A stretch of DNA of 64,000 nt from Elusimicrobiota bacterium (GTDB taxonomy: Bacteria > Elusimicrobiota > Endomicrobiia > Endomicrobiales > JBDRNC01). The position numbers were made by a program, and so were the translations under genes. The notes beneath the pieces were generated by a model that worked only from the letters and a program-made list of their open reading frames with translations, had not been told where the DNA came from and did not search any database. How positions within the stretch are numbered: position 1 is the first letter of the stretch; every line of letters begins with the position of its first letter. The DNA lies in NCBI GenBank assembly GCA_043811535.1, contig JBDRNC010000028.1, positions 1 to 64,000 on the forward strand, in the 5' to 3' direction. Positions 27,001-31,190 of the stretch are shown here, in pieces.

Positions 27001-27845
27001 TTGCCGCCGCTCGTAACATCCACTATCGCGTATTTAAGGTCCGATGTCGTTGCGGCGCTTCGGAAAACATAAGCCGAGATAGTATTTACGTAGCGGCTGC
27101 TGTCGACCATATGGAGCGCGTGTCCCGCCGCGCGCCCTGTTGCGCCGGTGTTCGTGACCGGGTCATATGACTGGTAGATCTGGCCGACGCCGGCAGCGGT
27201 CGCGTATGTGTCAAATACGTTGCCCATCCATCCCCCGCCGACTTTCAGCAGGAATGACGGAGTGCGGGATTGACCGGTCCAGGTAACCCCGCTGTCATCA
27301 GACCAAAGGTAGTTTCTCCAGTCGTCATCCTGTTCGGTTACCTGGTCATAAGTCTGGGCGGGCACCGTACCCATAACCCTGCTGATACCGCTCGAGCGGG
27401 TGAGGGGCTGGAAAACAATGTGGTACGTCTTGCCCGCGTCAAGTTCTCCCTGCAAATCAAACGTTACCGATTTCCAGCCAGTGGTGCCCATGCCGACAGC
27501 CGATATTTCACCCGAAGAGATCCAGACGCCGTCAGGGGTATTAGTGGCATCGTTCCCCTGAACGCCGACCCGAAAATCGTTGTCCCTTCCGCCATCCTCC
27601 ACACGAAACCATAACGCGTCGCACATGCCCGAATAGCCTGCCGACGTGGTGAACCTGAAGGCCACCCTTCTTGTCAGTGAAGACATCAGCGTGTAGCCGC
27701 TTGTCGCGTTGGTGTAGAAAGAGTTGCCGTAGTAATAGTCCGCGCGGGCGCTTGAATTAGACAATAGCACGGCGACGCCCGCCGATATTAAAACCGCGGC
27801 GGCTTTTAACAGGAACGATGATGTTCTGCGTCCGTGTCCGTCCAT
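1..27845 (-). CDS. Giant secreted/surface protein with about 70 tandem Trp-rich Ig-like repeats; partial, 3' end beyond window; >=9281 aa
   Basis: ATG at 27845, 1 nt after the upstream TAA, reads MDGHGRRTSSFLLKAAAVLISAGVAVLLSNSSARA-DYYY (signal peptide, AxA). The same frame reads sensibly at spot checks (13.2 kb: YDSTPPTVAITTP...VVSGSAN; left edge: TTYYLYPWTIDGAGN). The ORF track lists no minus ORF in this frame, as expected if there is no stop in the window. The motif D-x-T-x-P...TISGT-x-x-D...YW-x-G-x-x-W...A-x-D-x-AGN recurs about every 350-450 bp. Confidence 0.93.
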   Translation of the reverse strand, partial: MDGHGRRTSSFLLKAAAVLISAGVAVLLSNSSARADYYYGNSFYTNATSGYTLMSSLTRRVAFRFTTSAGYSGMCDALWFRVEDGGRDNDFRVGVQGNDATNTPDGVWISSGEISAVGMGTTGWKSVTFDLQGELDAGKTYHIVFQPLTRSSGISRVMGTVPAQTYDQVTEQDDDWRNYLWSDDSGVTWTGQSRTPSFLLKVGGGWMGNVFDTYATAAGVGQIYQSYDPVTNTGATGRAAGHALHMVDSSRYVNTISAYVFRSAATTSDLKYAIVDVTSGGNVVKSSGVFVANGGAGFAYGWREAEIAPCELENGSDYRIILYCDQGNSSAAAYYYVSISANSGNSDGDFNVNTWQGLDAYFTQWNGSSWYAGGTPAFNSRDCSIRLNIDQISPLAAIQTPSLAYHKSVPTISGTCSDPSNSSGYKSGVESVWVSVWCGSGYWDWTIPDWNPDIENDDDPKAQLACTLSPDATAWWYPFSGWSTNTSYVVRRKVQDKSKITGGFGGDVNFKYDDSPPASQVTLPSPSITWYSQMPQISGTTADGPSGTGFSKDAQRLKIQSRLGNGTTYWKGGSWSNDSIIIGSNTAGTSPNWYYDSTVVDWNDILGAPGLGSSFTVTCRITDRAVNQQLAWSTERTFWWDVEEPTAAFTSHINGDYVKTTPEFYGTYGDKHSGISPTKGSIGMIIREKGAPGSNRYYQGGGSWDTNPPSSWPTAEVWESSWTFNDVTLVGGQPYTVTCRAVDSAYPVNTQSDFTTHNSSFTITCDDQEPESLLDLPSQPYRSSLTLISGTVEDRPNTSKVDRVDIQIKYTNITDFYWSDYQNAWVGQSTWCPTSLTSIAIGFRWEYDLSGKDIDWQESIDYYVYSIAVDNAGVSETERPTDDDVPNVRKFNYDTSFPTTTINQVNKEDVKTYPYYINISTFSGTVDEHPDPTFGQVNQVQVIISRLVTGTPYYWIQADKNWVTDPGNSKWNDSGTEWSFNCKDVTWSTGGGLWSNGGKFTLTSRGKDSAYPGNMFPTETGNVENGGAGGVPQDIYIDMTTPGTKITNMPVNGFTSSYMTIAGTAFDANDNTGKVKDVKLHIYKLTTPKKTWDGSSWDTSPEGEDQTLWHSASFVGYSSGTFTYGPMTWQTANQYRVAARVTDEAGNVEISITSYTFTYNTEETDTVVETPVQSGPNYQHFNTSFTFVNGYAYCGDYGELSGVKIRYTILPPHINDGYLVDGVTYYWDAGSTQWDDIVNDNTQNWNPANAIDDSAWNSAFEYWDSSAPIASVIARKNFWKVGHKYNIITRGVDKALNYEVSMATVSFVYEISKPSVTITLPGTGGYIGKTVMVSGTCADDYPGKVNEVYIRIKRNDGHYWRVTDSSWTVENMPWVWNAVTSSGTLSANATWWQFGSTPWTTAAEYVIDARAIDKAGNTQVAFSTVTAIKADFDNPVSSITYPAEGKADSSFAVISGTVKDDYPGVARYIHLQIRAKDVGTDDDASPIIEPPIGTPSVTHTWDNISHSWQAGSAYWISVASVAIDSSYADTWSTWTFANSDAMNGCNAIWAAAGNKKWFDIVVYPEDWATNAPTPPGATTDGVDFKYSVPVPLTTITKPKSGEPAHTNAGYWGGNVLYGTKSQYTASVSLSIIRSSDNYSWYGTSFSAPAGEVHWSTWTNIPSQTEWTYAFYGSWVDGSTYTVRSKGYGAGGTEADGTARAFLYDTTNPGAGVVRPAAGQYFRNLVTITGTADDNNPPEPGTIKGDIDYVKVAIRKDHPSAYYYWNVITSSWDYSALESPPASPSEVYLNTTTYSAGVWSIIISSPIWSDARKFRIFSRPTDKAGNTGSDQFIDFYFDVSTPTAVTATLNPALYYSALTSITGTAADPMGAAGGYDGRLDKVEIQIQDNTEGTYWYDTEGVDKYPWASTERWSTTTIHRPDLYVSSWSYTNVPSQAVWKTGHYYTVLSRAKDTALTAGNTQYIFSTVDKSSVTFYFDKDKPQCRINYYQEYYRTADNKKLVNFGTLWTISGTATDSPAGIAKGSDISLRIARLEGNDTYYYSAGTGWTTNENNTISINDANYDDTNWSYVLSNFRTDLKYWIEIKAKDEAYQPNIGEFTDYAAYSVNNVIIDTTPPTANITFPVHNNYYKSSALASLIGTANADLSGLRKVDVQIRNSAGGTVRDWSEPVWNKSIPNGTISWSTSTAGMSWSDASTYVIEIKSYDLAGSTQVITSSVAFTVDITGPVTRLTQPTTGNSYWNALLAISGTAEDATSNIVSTVTVWIQNQENEYYWNPQADDFTPGVFFSTATIDGSDWTVDGFGTKFTEGNRYKVTVKAYDGPGNYTDVETDFVYIDTTTPTTILTYPGPASGNFYQNVNFITGTGSDPGGNPTQVNNVRVWIIRPGGTPYWDSETSGWSASSSKYKDVDPTPSGPDTPFSWDCTTFNEDDELAEGTLYRIEARARDRALKSDDGDYDGNWQPLVLITTCGFTIDRTSPTYTVTFPLASNYNTVSEIRGGFTETNAGIAQGNVKIVVKTDNGDKYWDAPTADWQEQSTLEEVLFRWPPWTDCEVYVDSWAYKTAITWTANNSRNHRIWVWAQDRAGNYKKPTETQIIDGTNSDRQFVFDSQLPESRVTSHFDGQAVRSTMTLSEIGGTAADINFGSGISNLKVRMRQQSETAYNGNYWQNPGWDVTENWFNKSFLVSTWTYYMIWGETAWEDNHVYVINSMAYDNAQNREIACTTTTITFDTTLPTSRVTFPPLPGSTFAGSIGTISGTAQDLNTYASKVSTVNVGIQRQSDNRWWGGWSDPQWKVSSAVILSTASVYETYTSSVYWRYIISNPSSMWDDTTTYWVISRADDRAANYEVAWPTAVFICDTTPPSAKPTLPPDDPDPPNPTSSLPLISGTASDLNPGEVLSVKIRIFCPDQAGPPPPPNANNKYWTKGSGVVGTAGDWSLTADSSTWLATTYNAGEWTFDPTGVALDAKDTPGYRYQVWTLVCDKANNYEAVSTTNSFWFSAPTPKTLINYPVTNGYYKIYDEATININGTANAYTKEAQGGVDLMISSGPNVSWREDTKTWVSGEYWNDTTFNDTAAPYSWFILISSKAFVDGWEYTLNSKGYGPAGFEGIDDIEDVEITVDRTPPTGSISGVVDGSHHTTLASISGGAQDTVPGIVSKVELQIKKTSGGDKYYNGAQWVVDSTWVVTSADVGGFDTWNEPWTYTVTYTSECWREQLEYTIKARIYDASYSAGSPNGNMYAATDKKVIIDTITPTSGLEFPNKQILNSISMISGTASDTGLGKMDEVFMKILNMDTTKYYNGSIFTAGEKERQSSTDVKFSTWFAVTPGTWSYTNITFDPGCRFNIAVRGKDRAGNAGIYFSSFTFLFDNEKPESKVTTPGGTEESPARITTLASIEGTAEDKTARPDGYWVSHVSTNIAVNDGVNIALRSVASGLYYGDGADPWGADAKTSYWPFETIYSSITKQWIADTGEIGTFLGDGNPVDGTYEIIPRAKDWAGNFETSFTTKTFIWDRTPPSSFANSPSSGSYVKTITSIGGTANDATAGLKDIYVYFYHNNGGQDWYYTAGSTWTTDITAIIKTMNYETGSTPWSHDVSTGLVHGQKYAVKTIASDGALNGESSPKTIYFTCDSSGPVVSVSTPTLSGYYGPGKSIAIIEGSASDSPAGISTVTIAIVDVSSSVWWNGSQWDVVTDTWMITGFSSGKWQYTAPNFGAVDRSNHSFKVQAKAYDTAGNFNLTAETNFIYDSTAPVSSLIDPNASFERADLTSITGNSADVNPGNGITSGLSKTWIAILISGQYFQSQPHTFAGDEKWFSVTGSPWNFAGIPTWAEGTTYDVRVKSVDNSGNEQLPVTQRVFTYDNTVAVSSITWPNDNQAYNSVAQIYGSAYDTVAGAKQSEVKRVDVVMKNLDKIGFKYLDPALHTFTSQNAQWGVVTGTGPWNINNSSFTLMSGNRYSVAVRAVDNANNTPADPDFDASFGITFRFDDEPPISITTYPANASYRNAAFARIGGIAYDNATGNSNVTYAYYRIQRSDTNWYNGGTSWVPGFPGWDPADATSDGTPGFWYKDLDSGLWEDGYRYSIMCYADDRAGNSELTLSFSTITFIFDNTAPDSEVNLPPKTNDKYYNTMTYIWGASTDTTTNPQNYTAGISSVTLKVKRESDGWYLKADKTGWQAAEPNPLPACSVWSTSFTFTLSDARWTENSLKTSSYTVTAKAFDKLVENNKSGTASYFIFDSSAPNSFVIFPSSDAQVKTDLPTISGTALDWSIGNIKQVKVRLQRVTVQNTEEGDSIEGNGDWWTGVTWDGSWSENYWQTSDWDAESSSWTFPTAGIEFTYNGGYRLDARAEDEATNTETVISSRTFIFRPPAAASVITAPVHGRSYNVSQPIQGTGNGETRLLLLSIQRKTDNYFRASTSWTVDQTWLNVTPSSPSWSHTPGAIFVYPSSYTVRSRGQSTWGIWENETLLDPPAANSKLMVWDSTEPVSSMIKPVNGGYYNDLTTITGNASDDVTLMRSVEVLIKRGTEYFRVYNSSWVSTEAGSWNPAVFTGAKSGTWKLAMVSSCAAACFIDGQSYSIKSRASDDVYPSANVEGAGSGNTAVTCYFDMTRPTATVQMPADSIYYKSLAILSGTVIDLMNDRAEIDIQDLGGQNNTYRSYHYKGSNQWQTSGLWISTNNFTSDFRIFASSWEYVPDPAITWNSGNKYLVVGRARDMANNQQDEFATAVSSVVFYFDTKAPASYLIKPGSTTVNDLTNISGTSADTTEAYNKGIAADENNIKITIQDLTYPNTYWKGTAWGVDVASINATTAEDEGTGIKWEATGISWISDKQYKIQYWAIDDLVNEGTQNSYTVIYDSTPPTVAITTPTPDGVKLSATPVVSGSANAAYSGLGTVQVKVSSWTGSWTVLPSYDFISIPAGGVYQTSWTWTALSGLVDGTTYQVEARIKDKSHNWSVEYATTTFIYDKTPPVAKVSVPSGSNYGPQSTLAQIQGTSGDAFGVAQVLVQIKRSDSWTYDGSIFVAQSSWNIVSGTLDWNYTSPNWEDGYQYSIYSRAYDEAGNLSEWTTAQFRWDETLPRIRIVLPGGHWLETLPTVSGTAYDWPSAQNYKSGLQTVEVAFEKMDGSEEWYYTDGTWLAGTTNWINVKNDYSGQTATVTWIVPDASTPSWSNGVEYLVKARALDMSGNIALHAGQTFVFDETPPTVKVTLPAPSQNAYSSLPTISGTAKDTAGSAAGIVDTVKIRVYNYGNTQWYNRIDDAFNIPQEEGDTDAAWFVATNTCAWEVWTATFTTWTPGWYYDVIAKTKDASGRWGVEYSTKYFLCDQVSPEITVTQPLNGEFWNVNISSLIGSAQDLPFPGNNSGTGARKAQIRQNDSDMKWWDGGGFNNTLVTMLPLGVQPGSGNGEWKYYSSTLLGVLQSGNSYYVTTYTQDIAGNITDWYTYGSTFTYDNTAPTSTFIIPAAADKVYSSLPTITGSSEDITPNANRPLKSGIRTVELKIQDVTSGVPDSEENEYWDGDSWEPAVTTITAKTEDAWAHWYSSAVTDAQWLQGHRYKITLWASDNAKPLPGNVQSEALEYFKFDSSAPAAWFQAPTDALKCKDLSTITGTALEYPLQSAGYYNAGLKKIALQIIDFNNSYTWTGSSWSQNSHWSTNTIAGAGSAQWTFATGSPAWFTMPAWDSGRTYNLRVRAYDDLNNYQNISSSITFTFDNIPPVTKVTLPAEGGAYSTANPLERIEGTSYDATFGVKDIKVSIRMDEPEKDPMNPNDENDYWWSMMGSSWAKGTEDLYTSTITVYNTIGNTKYWYCTVITSEQYTSGKAYVIRAWATDNAQYSTVNTEAPGSTIAYTVDNTPPTSGIKYPTNNQWLTSLPTISGTALDDSITSSGVKETELQVYNSDYGYWKGNGWQTSPSTWVLTTNLTPANTWWRYTNTPQWISDKTYTMKSRARDNSGNTSSWTSWVTVYIDTSPPYAQIIYPEQDKSYNALPTITGTATDGTGTTSGIVDPGGITFVIQDQYDGYTWNKPLFENDTYWTVADGTDTWQYTDAVAYISGRKYTVWVKGTDNAGNSTTLYSVGVNSNTFIYDNETPETTVITPAAGTPVLSSLMTITGTSVDETDQSGGYVSDIKEMRAKISYIDLTDNDTYYWTGGDPYETYWSSWSYPASGVLCSTTANAGYTDWNYSHAKFVDSTAWLSGRTYKIIAYAQDNAGKTESPGVTRYFTFDNVPPGVSVDYPVTGKAYKDLCDNGIDPITGGATDADSAVSFMKLMIKYSTAPTYWDGQNWVYSGSDLYFSTGTFNSKSITWYYYMPYATSTWTNGVVYLMRVKSVDKANIESNASNSIAFTIDRDPPQSDIITPVADRYYKTLSSISGTARDYPISPLNRADIAASTRNVVVTIQKEEGAQAGQFWAGGSTWQVDFSSRPTDTLSYSAPNWRWTLTTLPAFDDGQNYRIKVIARDQVANVTDGFWESWTDKSGIIISIDALPPLVVTNLPGEHGAPSTTRYRTMPTISGTAEDEGPAGVDDGNVMIAVRRGITNFWTGSDFEDTVGVPQWFVANGTDPWTFTQIANEKYSPGGEYYVLARATDAASNLSEWSTTYFRVDGVAPFSGILTPSTTDYRNTTITTITGTCTDGSGVGVLAVRMKIKRSGATLPYFSDVNEWVDNPDTWLGTTLNGTKDGWQRDVTALTELWRKGYKYQVISQARDNVQSPGVNWEVDMSTSTYYYDAEGPDSVITLPEYGDTTSPKWKSTLTTISGTIADPQEEPAKSAGGAVPSGAKKAEISILRHTDSKYWRWSDSSFALDTSSFGAVTLLELSTWTYTIADSYWTANTSYTIVTRSYDNADNLKWGATNYFIFDTTKPVSACTMPYGVFGEYPDMTSITISSGTATDTDPGRVHHVEVEIKHISPEAYSDGSDGWAGQQWLTAQSYNQDTKVWTYNTSGITWYADSGNDGELYEIRFRAVDEAGNSETVPLNSEKTFKLIPPRPQSRITTLTNGASYKAVASIGGTASEGGGSIGRTRTVMVQIQRVSDTKYYNTVSTTTLGYWVSYSTFMTLDNYSEADPSWTFTLEQSTFAHNQKYKVKTRAVSDAQVPEWNPDPYGTDSEPPSPNVIDEFWIDTQKPALTMLAPSKNYYQTLATISGDAEDVPAGISSLGVQIKRTADSHYWRVSDSSWTLESTGWNSGFSFWNSTSAWDTDTDKWEVALPDNPWEENKRYEVMVRAVDSVIPTPWEITYPLTLPVTFYYDVSYPTAAVTYPLTTQYVSSLASITGTAKDFSPGELDLSAQAVEVQLKANNGTYADNYYRMNPANGAWGWTTEVAQSWSTSTVYNLNNTTWTYAFPNADLENDVLYTVAARALDKAGNKQFSYTVPLSSMNFKADKQAPTVTYVNGYPDDAYINPVLDGKPANLNLQGQYQDTLAGASTVQIQLAKYLGDGTTEYYDASGNWIADTPQIVQTDAPSPASFGQTSVISWTKSIAQSKLRSDLAYNIKVRGYDAAVPAGNYSGWNSYDFIVDTTPPSSRIQKPGDDTTQVSLILISGTALADLAGVNSGDISIQRIAGTAGDNWYFSHYMKDWVSGSTWCPVSVAVGTGTKTWTYSIADSTWTAGTRYQIISRARDRTMAYDVILDTVTFLFDNLAPITLIQKPSVASPGVMNCGPQVTLPVISGTSEDKPNTGSAICSEMDKVYFRINRSDPGDEYWSVGDGWAVGTSTWTIAVGTSPWSWPDLGWQDGRAYNINSRGLDLAGNLSQWTTASFRWDETLPRIKITLPGGNWMNTLPTVSGTAYDWLSTYSNNSKLKEIKVAFQRLDTEEWYFTDGTWLGGTTNWINVKNDYNGDGSTVTWIVPTASTPTWENGKSYLIKTKALDMSNNESQHAAIVFTYDNNPPTANLLRPGSQSSYNSIPTISGTAGDTAGSASGSVDGVHVRIYCYGNTQWFNRASDAFNIAQEDGETPEAWFVATNTCTWEVWTATFTKWTPGWYYDIIVKVQDKSGYWSTSYSTKNFLYDTAAPEIKVSQPLNGEYWNVNISSIIGTAQDLPFPGNYSGTGARKISIRQNDPNMKWWDGGGFNNLLVNDSNLGVNSGDGEWKYYSSGLLGELKSGNSYYITNYTQDTAGNITDYYVYGSTFTYDNTAPTSTFIMPAVTDKFYSSLATITGTAADVTPSADKPLKSGVKTIEVVIQDVTSGVTETNMYWRNPNADWQATDPSTWTAKTDDNWAHWYSTAVPNADWKQGHRYKVTVWASDNAKPLPGNVQTSMFEYFKYDSSAPAAAYVYPAHDTYYKTITSISGTAMDYPMAPLYRAGIKDTGVLIKRNADSTYWNTTAGGFWGGEPANWSTATLTGVLVDTPTFNYDNSNNNMPVWRSGETYDISIKAKDDISVTGSSVTYTIGFDTHAPVSYVQRPAEDIGYTSTEPYILTTISGTSRDYYEGAGWAYAGVETNGIKISVRLDDGSEEDQDIDTVSVEDKWWDFSASTWVDYNEYGTADQTETVCLGTATITENLYPTNPQVKWRINAPDWISGKKYRIKVKANDSVSGTPNYESPRSTRTCTVDILPPESDAVRPSEGGQYNRDTTALTTISGTSVDDIANNVKQTQIRISYFVSGEGAYYYWNGPDGFLVNNSSWQICNNLTAGGTWWSYDFGSPNDWVSGKSYELNTAASDKANNAQVIWTTTTFQVDTDPPSTRIGIPANTVIYNTLAKITGTVTDDFTGPANVQVMLEDITGNLVWRGGAWGARTGSDWFSYTGGNLAQSTWTYGAPPGITYDSGKTYKVSSRGIDYAGNTTTEFTVGVNTNTFYWDVMAPTSTVTLPAGGGSYTSLLTISGTTVDVSPFGGATTAGIDYARVSIRDIARGTTYWDDGTHTWVDSEYWNTTNLDAGKSTWTFVFSVPTSLPWQTGKQYRIRSKAVDLSKPTGLDQDSQFPQNGFVITYDTTPPQLTITAPANEGYYGSETTQLTSIYGGADDYPAPPWEKSDINRVRLQVKHGTSYWNGSQWLVGQTTWVPTYYLTGAWQYPDTLENNQIPGWQDDTEYDVTAEAFDNAGNTSGQTTYTITYDTTPPLTGVTTPSSRYEKTYYTTIEGTATDPKTYKSDLSAAYVAVKLESGNWFRWSDKSFALTNTSWTKVDTGGTSAQNNWTHTWNLPDWQSDTTYVIFSSATDKAGNWQVAVSSFVFAYDATKSTSIVTLPLSGTTYYSSLTTISGTAFDATGGIVTTKLAIRWFAPNRYWMGSDWGSSNIIYWLLTNGTTDWTFPKNPDIMPPPSTKFVTGTTYYLYPWTIDGAGN

Positions 27846-27846
27846 T

Positions 27847-29601
27847 TTATTGCCTGTCTCTCAGCTCCACCCGCGGATTATACCCGCGCAGTCCCGTGTT
27901 TGTTGACCTTAACTGCGCCTCTTTTAACTCGCGCTTCGCCTCGCTGGCCAGACCGAGCTCCTTATATACCTGCGCGAGGTTCAATCTCGCTTCAATCATA
28001 TCTGGATTCAATCTTACCGCCTGCTTAAAGGACTCAGCCGCTTCGTTATATCTTTTATCCATCGCGTAGATTATGCCCATGTTGGTGTAAACCGCGGCGG
28101 ATGCCGGCTTTATCTTGAGCGCTTTCCCGTAATACTCCATCGCCTTTTCCTTGTCGCCTTTCATAAGATGGGCCGACGCGAGATTCGCGAAATTTCTGTC
28201 GTCTCCGGGGTCCAGCGCCGCGGCTTTCTCAAAATCGCTCATCGCCCCGTCAATATCGCCTTTCTTTTGTTTTAATATACCGATGTTTCCGTATGCCGCC
28301 GCGTCGTCCGGCGCGAGCGAAACGACATTCCGGAATATCCTTTCGGACGCTTCATAGTTTCCTCTTTCCATGAGGACGTTCGCCAGGTTGTTCAACACCC
28401 TTGTGTTCGTCGGGTTCCGCGCGGCGGTCCGGTCCCACAGGAGCAGTTCGTCCTTCCATAACTCGTTCCTCTGAATAACTTTTACGGAAAAAAGCATCGT
28501 AATGCCTATGAGCAAAGCCGCTGCCATCCTTTGACCGGCGGCGCCCGACGAATAGAACTCGTCCGCGAGCGACCCTCCCAGCAGGCAAAGACCCGCCGAA
28601 GGGATGTATAATCTCTGCTCGGCTATGAGTCTGCCCGCGATGGGCAGTATGTTCATCACCGGCACGAGGAATAGAATGAACCATGCGATAAAGAAAAGGT
28701 TCATCTCTCTATTCTTTGAGCGTATCGCGGCAAAAAGAACCAGCGCCGAGGCCAGGCCTGTAACCAGCAGCTGCCAGCCGGGCAGAGAACTTATCGTTTG
28801 TAATTCCCTTTCAATGTTAAATACGAGCGGCAGAAGCGATATCTGAATGTAATTGCATAAGGTACTCAGCGCCAGCATAGGCTGGGACACGCCGGGTATT
28901 CCTGAAAATATCTCCCCGGTCTGGGACCTGAGAAAGAATATCTTGAACAGCGCGAATCCCGCCGCCAGCGCGAAATAGGGCCATGTTTTTCCTAATATCT
29001 CTCCGGAACGCTTCCTATATATAAGGTATAGGACCGCCGCGGCCGGGAAAACCAGCGCCATCTCCTTTGATATGAGCGCCAGCGCGTACGCAAGCAGGGC
29101 CCAGCCGTGTCTTTCCTTTATAAACATTATAAAAGCGAGCAGTATGAATACCATGCAAATGACATCCGAGCGGTTCTTTATGTACGTCACGCTCTCCACG
29201 TGCATCGGGTACGCCGAAAAGAGCATTCCGGAGAACAGAGCCGTCCTGCTTGACGCGGAGAGTTCCCTGCTCAGCACGCAGAACAGGTAAACCGCCAGAA
29301 TGTTGAGCATGTAATTCGTCAGGTGGTAGCCGTACGGATTCGCGCCCCATACCCCGTAGTCAAATGCGAACGTTATGTTCCTCAACGGCCGGTACTGGCC
29401 TTTCGTGGATGTCGTCTCGTTGTTCCAGAAATACGGCGCAAATGCTGAGAAGGCCTTTGAAAATGATTTCGCCGTATAGTTTTCAAGGATTTGCTGTTTG
29501 TCGTCCCAGAAAAAACTGCCTTTTAGGGAATTGAAATACAGTATCCCCGCGATAAGGGCCGGTATCATCCACCAGTAGTTTTTTCTGAGCGTCATTTCCA
29601 T
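27847..29601 (-). CDS. TMTC-like GT-C membrane glycosyltransferase with C-terminal TPR repeats
   Basis: FFWDD acidic loop, YRPLR, GYHLTN, HVESVTYIKNRSDV, AEQRLYIPS, many TM helices, WKDELLLW then TPRs. The start may be 29595 (ATGA overlap). Confidence 0.85.
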   Translation of the reverse strand: MEMTLRKNYWWMIPALIAGILYFNSLKGSFFWDDKQQILENYTAKSFSKAFSAFAPYFWNNETTSTKGQYRPLRNITFAFDYGVWGANPYGYHLTNYMLNILAVYLFCVLSRELSASSRTALFSGMLFSAYPMHVESVTYIKNRSDVICMVFILLAFIMFIKERHGWALLAYALALISKEMALVFPAAAVLYLIYRKRSGEILGKTWPYFALAAGFALFKIFFLRSQTGEIFSGIPGVSQPMLALSTLCNYIQISLLPLVFNIERELQTISSLPGWQLLVTGLASALVLFAAIRSKNREMNLFFIAWFILFLVPVMNILPIAGRLIAEQRLYIPSAGLCLLGGSLADEFYSSGAAGQRMAAALLIGITMLFSVKVIQRNELWKDELLLWDRTAARNPTNTRVLNNLANVLMERGNYEASERIFRNVVSLAPDDAAAYGNIGILKQKKGDIDGAMSDFEKAAALDPGDDRNFANLASAHLMKGDKEKAMEYYGKALKIKPASAAVYTNMGIIYAMDKRYNEAAESFKQAVRLNPDMIEARLNLAQVYKELGLASEAKRELKEAQLRSTNTGLRGYNPRVELRDRQ

Positions 29602-31190
29602 AACTGCTCCAGGTTCTTCCTTGCCGGTTCGTACTCCGGCGAAACCTCAAGCGCTTTCCTGTAGTATTCTCCGGCCGTTCTCTTATTTTTCATTTTCTCG
29701 CACACTATGCCCATGTTGTTATAAAGGTCCGCTTTCGGGCTGTCAGATAATTTCAGCGCCCGCTCGTAATTCTTCAGAGATTTACCGTAATCCCCTAATC
29801 TGTCGTAACCGTATCCGAGCCCGTAATACACTTCCGGCAGGTCGCAGTCGCGCGAGGATATCTCATAATGTTTTACCGCGTTCTCAAAGTCGCCCGTTTT
29901 CTGGTATTCCGCGCCGAGGTTAAAGTTGGCCCTGTAATGCGTCGGGTTGGCTTTCACGGCCGCGGTCCAGAAAGTGAATTCGTCGCGCCACGCGTATGTC
30001 CTGCTTACGGTGACCAGAGCGAACGCCGCTATGAGCACCCACGCTCCCGCTGAAACTGCCGTGCTTACGGATCCCTTGAACGACCCGATGAGCGACGAAA
30101 GCGCGTCTCCCGCCATGAAACACAGGCCCATGGACGGGATGTACAATCTTTGCTCGGCTATCGGGCGCGACTCCAGAAAAATCACGTTGGAGACGGGCAG
30201 CACCAGTATCATCATGAACCAGTAGCCGAAAAAAGCGTTCCTGAAATCACTGTCGCTCTTTTTCAGCGCGTATCTGTCCCGCAGGTATCCGACGCTCAGC
30301 CACAAACCGATGACAATGAATATTATGAAGGCCCAGTTGACCGATTCGAGCGCCGTGAGATTTAACATAATATCCCGCTCCACCGAATATACAACCGGGA
30401 AAATCAGCGCTGAAAAATACGCGCTCAAAGTATAAAGGATAATCCTTACCTGGACGTTCGCGTCAAGCAGGATGTTTGTCTGCGCCGTAATCTCTTTTTT
30501 CCACAGCATTTCCTTCGCGAAGTACACCGCCGCCGCGAATACCATAAAAACCGAGGTCCAGAGAAGCGCCTTTCTCGCCGTTTTCTCCGGCAGGAAAACG
30601 AACGCTGCCAGCGCGAGTATCACCGGCATCACTATGGCTGTCTCCTTTGAAAGGAAGGCCCCCGCGAAACAGAGCGCCGCCGCAGCGATCCTTTTAACTC
30701 CGTCCATTTTGAAAAATGCCAGCAGGGCGAGCAGGAAAAACGCCCCGCAAAGGACGTCAGACCTGTTCTTTATCCACGCGATGGAATCCACGTGCACGGG
30801 ATGGACCGCGAAAAGCGCGGCCGCCAGCAGCGCCGATCTCTTATCACTAAAAAGCCTGGCGGCGACAAGATACATTAATATCACGTTTACGGTGTGCAGA
30901 AGCATGTTCGTCAGATGGTATCCCCACGCGCTGTCCCCGTATAACATGCGGTCAACGACGAAAGTGAACAGCCTTAAGGGCCTTAACCTGCCTCTTTCTT
31001 CCGCGGGAATGTCTCTATAATATGAAGGGGTGAACGGATCCGTTATTCCGGCTTCCGCCACGAATTTATCGTTCTTGACCAGGCCGTTGTCATCCCAGAT
31101 GAATCCGTTGAACAGCGTGTTTGAATACGCCGCGACGGAAAGGAAAATGACGATGATTAAATACTTGTTTATTTTCATGATATTACTCAA
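29592..31190 (-). CDS. TMTC-like GT-C membrane glycosyltransferase with C-terminal TPR repeats (paralog)
   Basis: FIWDD, LRPLR, GYHLTN, HPVHVDSIAWIKNRSDV, AEQRLYIPS, WRDEFTFW, TPRs. Confidence 0.85.
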   Translation of the reverse strand: MSNIMKINKYLIIVIFLSVAAYSNTLFNGFIWDDNGLVKNDKFVAEAGITDPFTPSYYRDIPAEERGRLRPLRLFTFVVDRMLYGDSAWGYHLTNMLLHTVNVILMYLVAARLFSDKRSALLAAALFAVHPVHVDSIAWIKNRSDVLCGAFFLLALLAFFKMDGVKRIAAAALCFAGAFLSKETAIVMPVILALAAFVFLPEKTARKALLWTSVFMVFAAAVYFAKEMLWKKEITAQTNILLDANVQVRIILYTLSAYFSALIFPVVYSVERDIMLNLTALESVNWAFIIFIVIGLWLSVGYLRDRYALKKSDSDFRNAFFGYWFMMILVLPVSNVIFLESRPIAEQRLYIPSMGLCFMAGDALSSLIGSFKGSVSTAVSAGAWVLIAAFALVTVSRTYAWRDEFTFWTAAVKANPTHYRANFNLGAEYQKTGDFENAVKHYEISSRDCDLPEVYYGLGYGYDRLGDYGKSLKNYERALKLSDSPKADLYNNMGIVCEKMKNKRTAGEYYRKALEVSPEYEPARKNLEQLWK

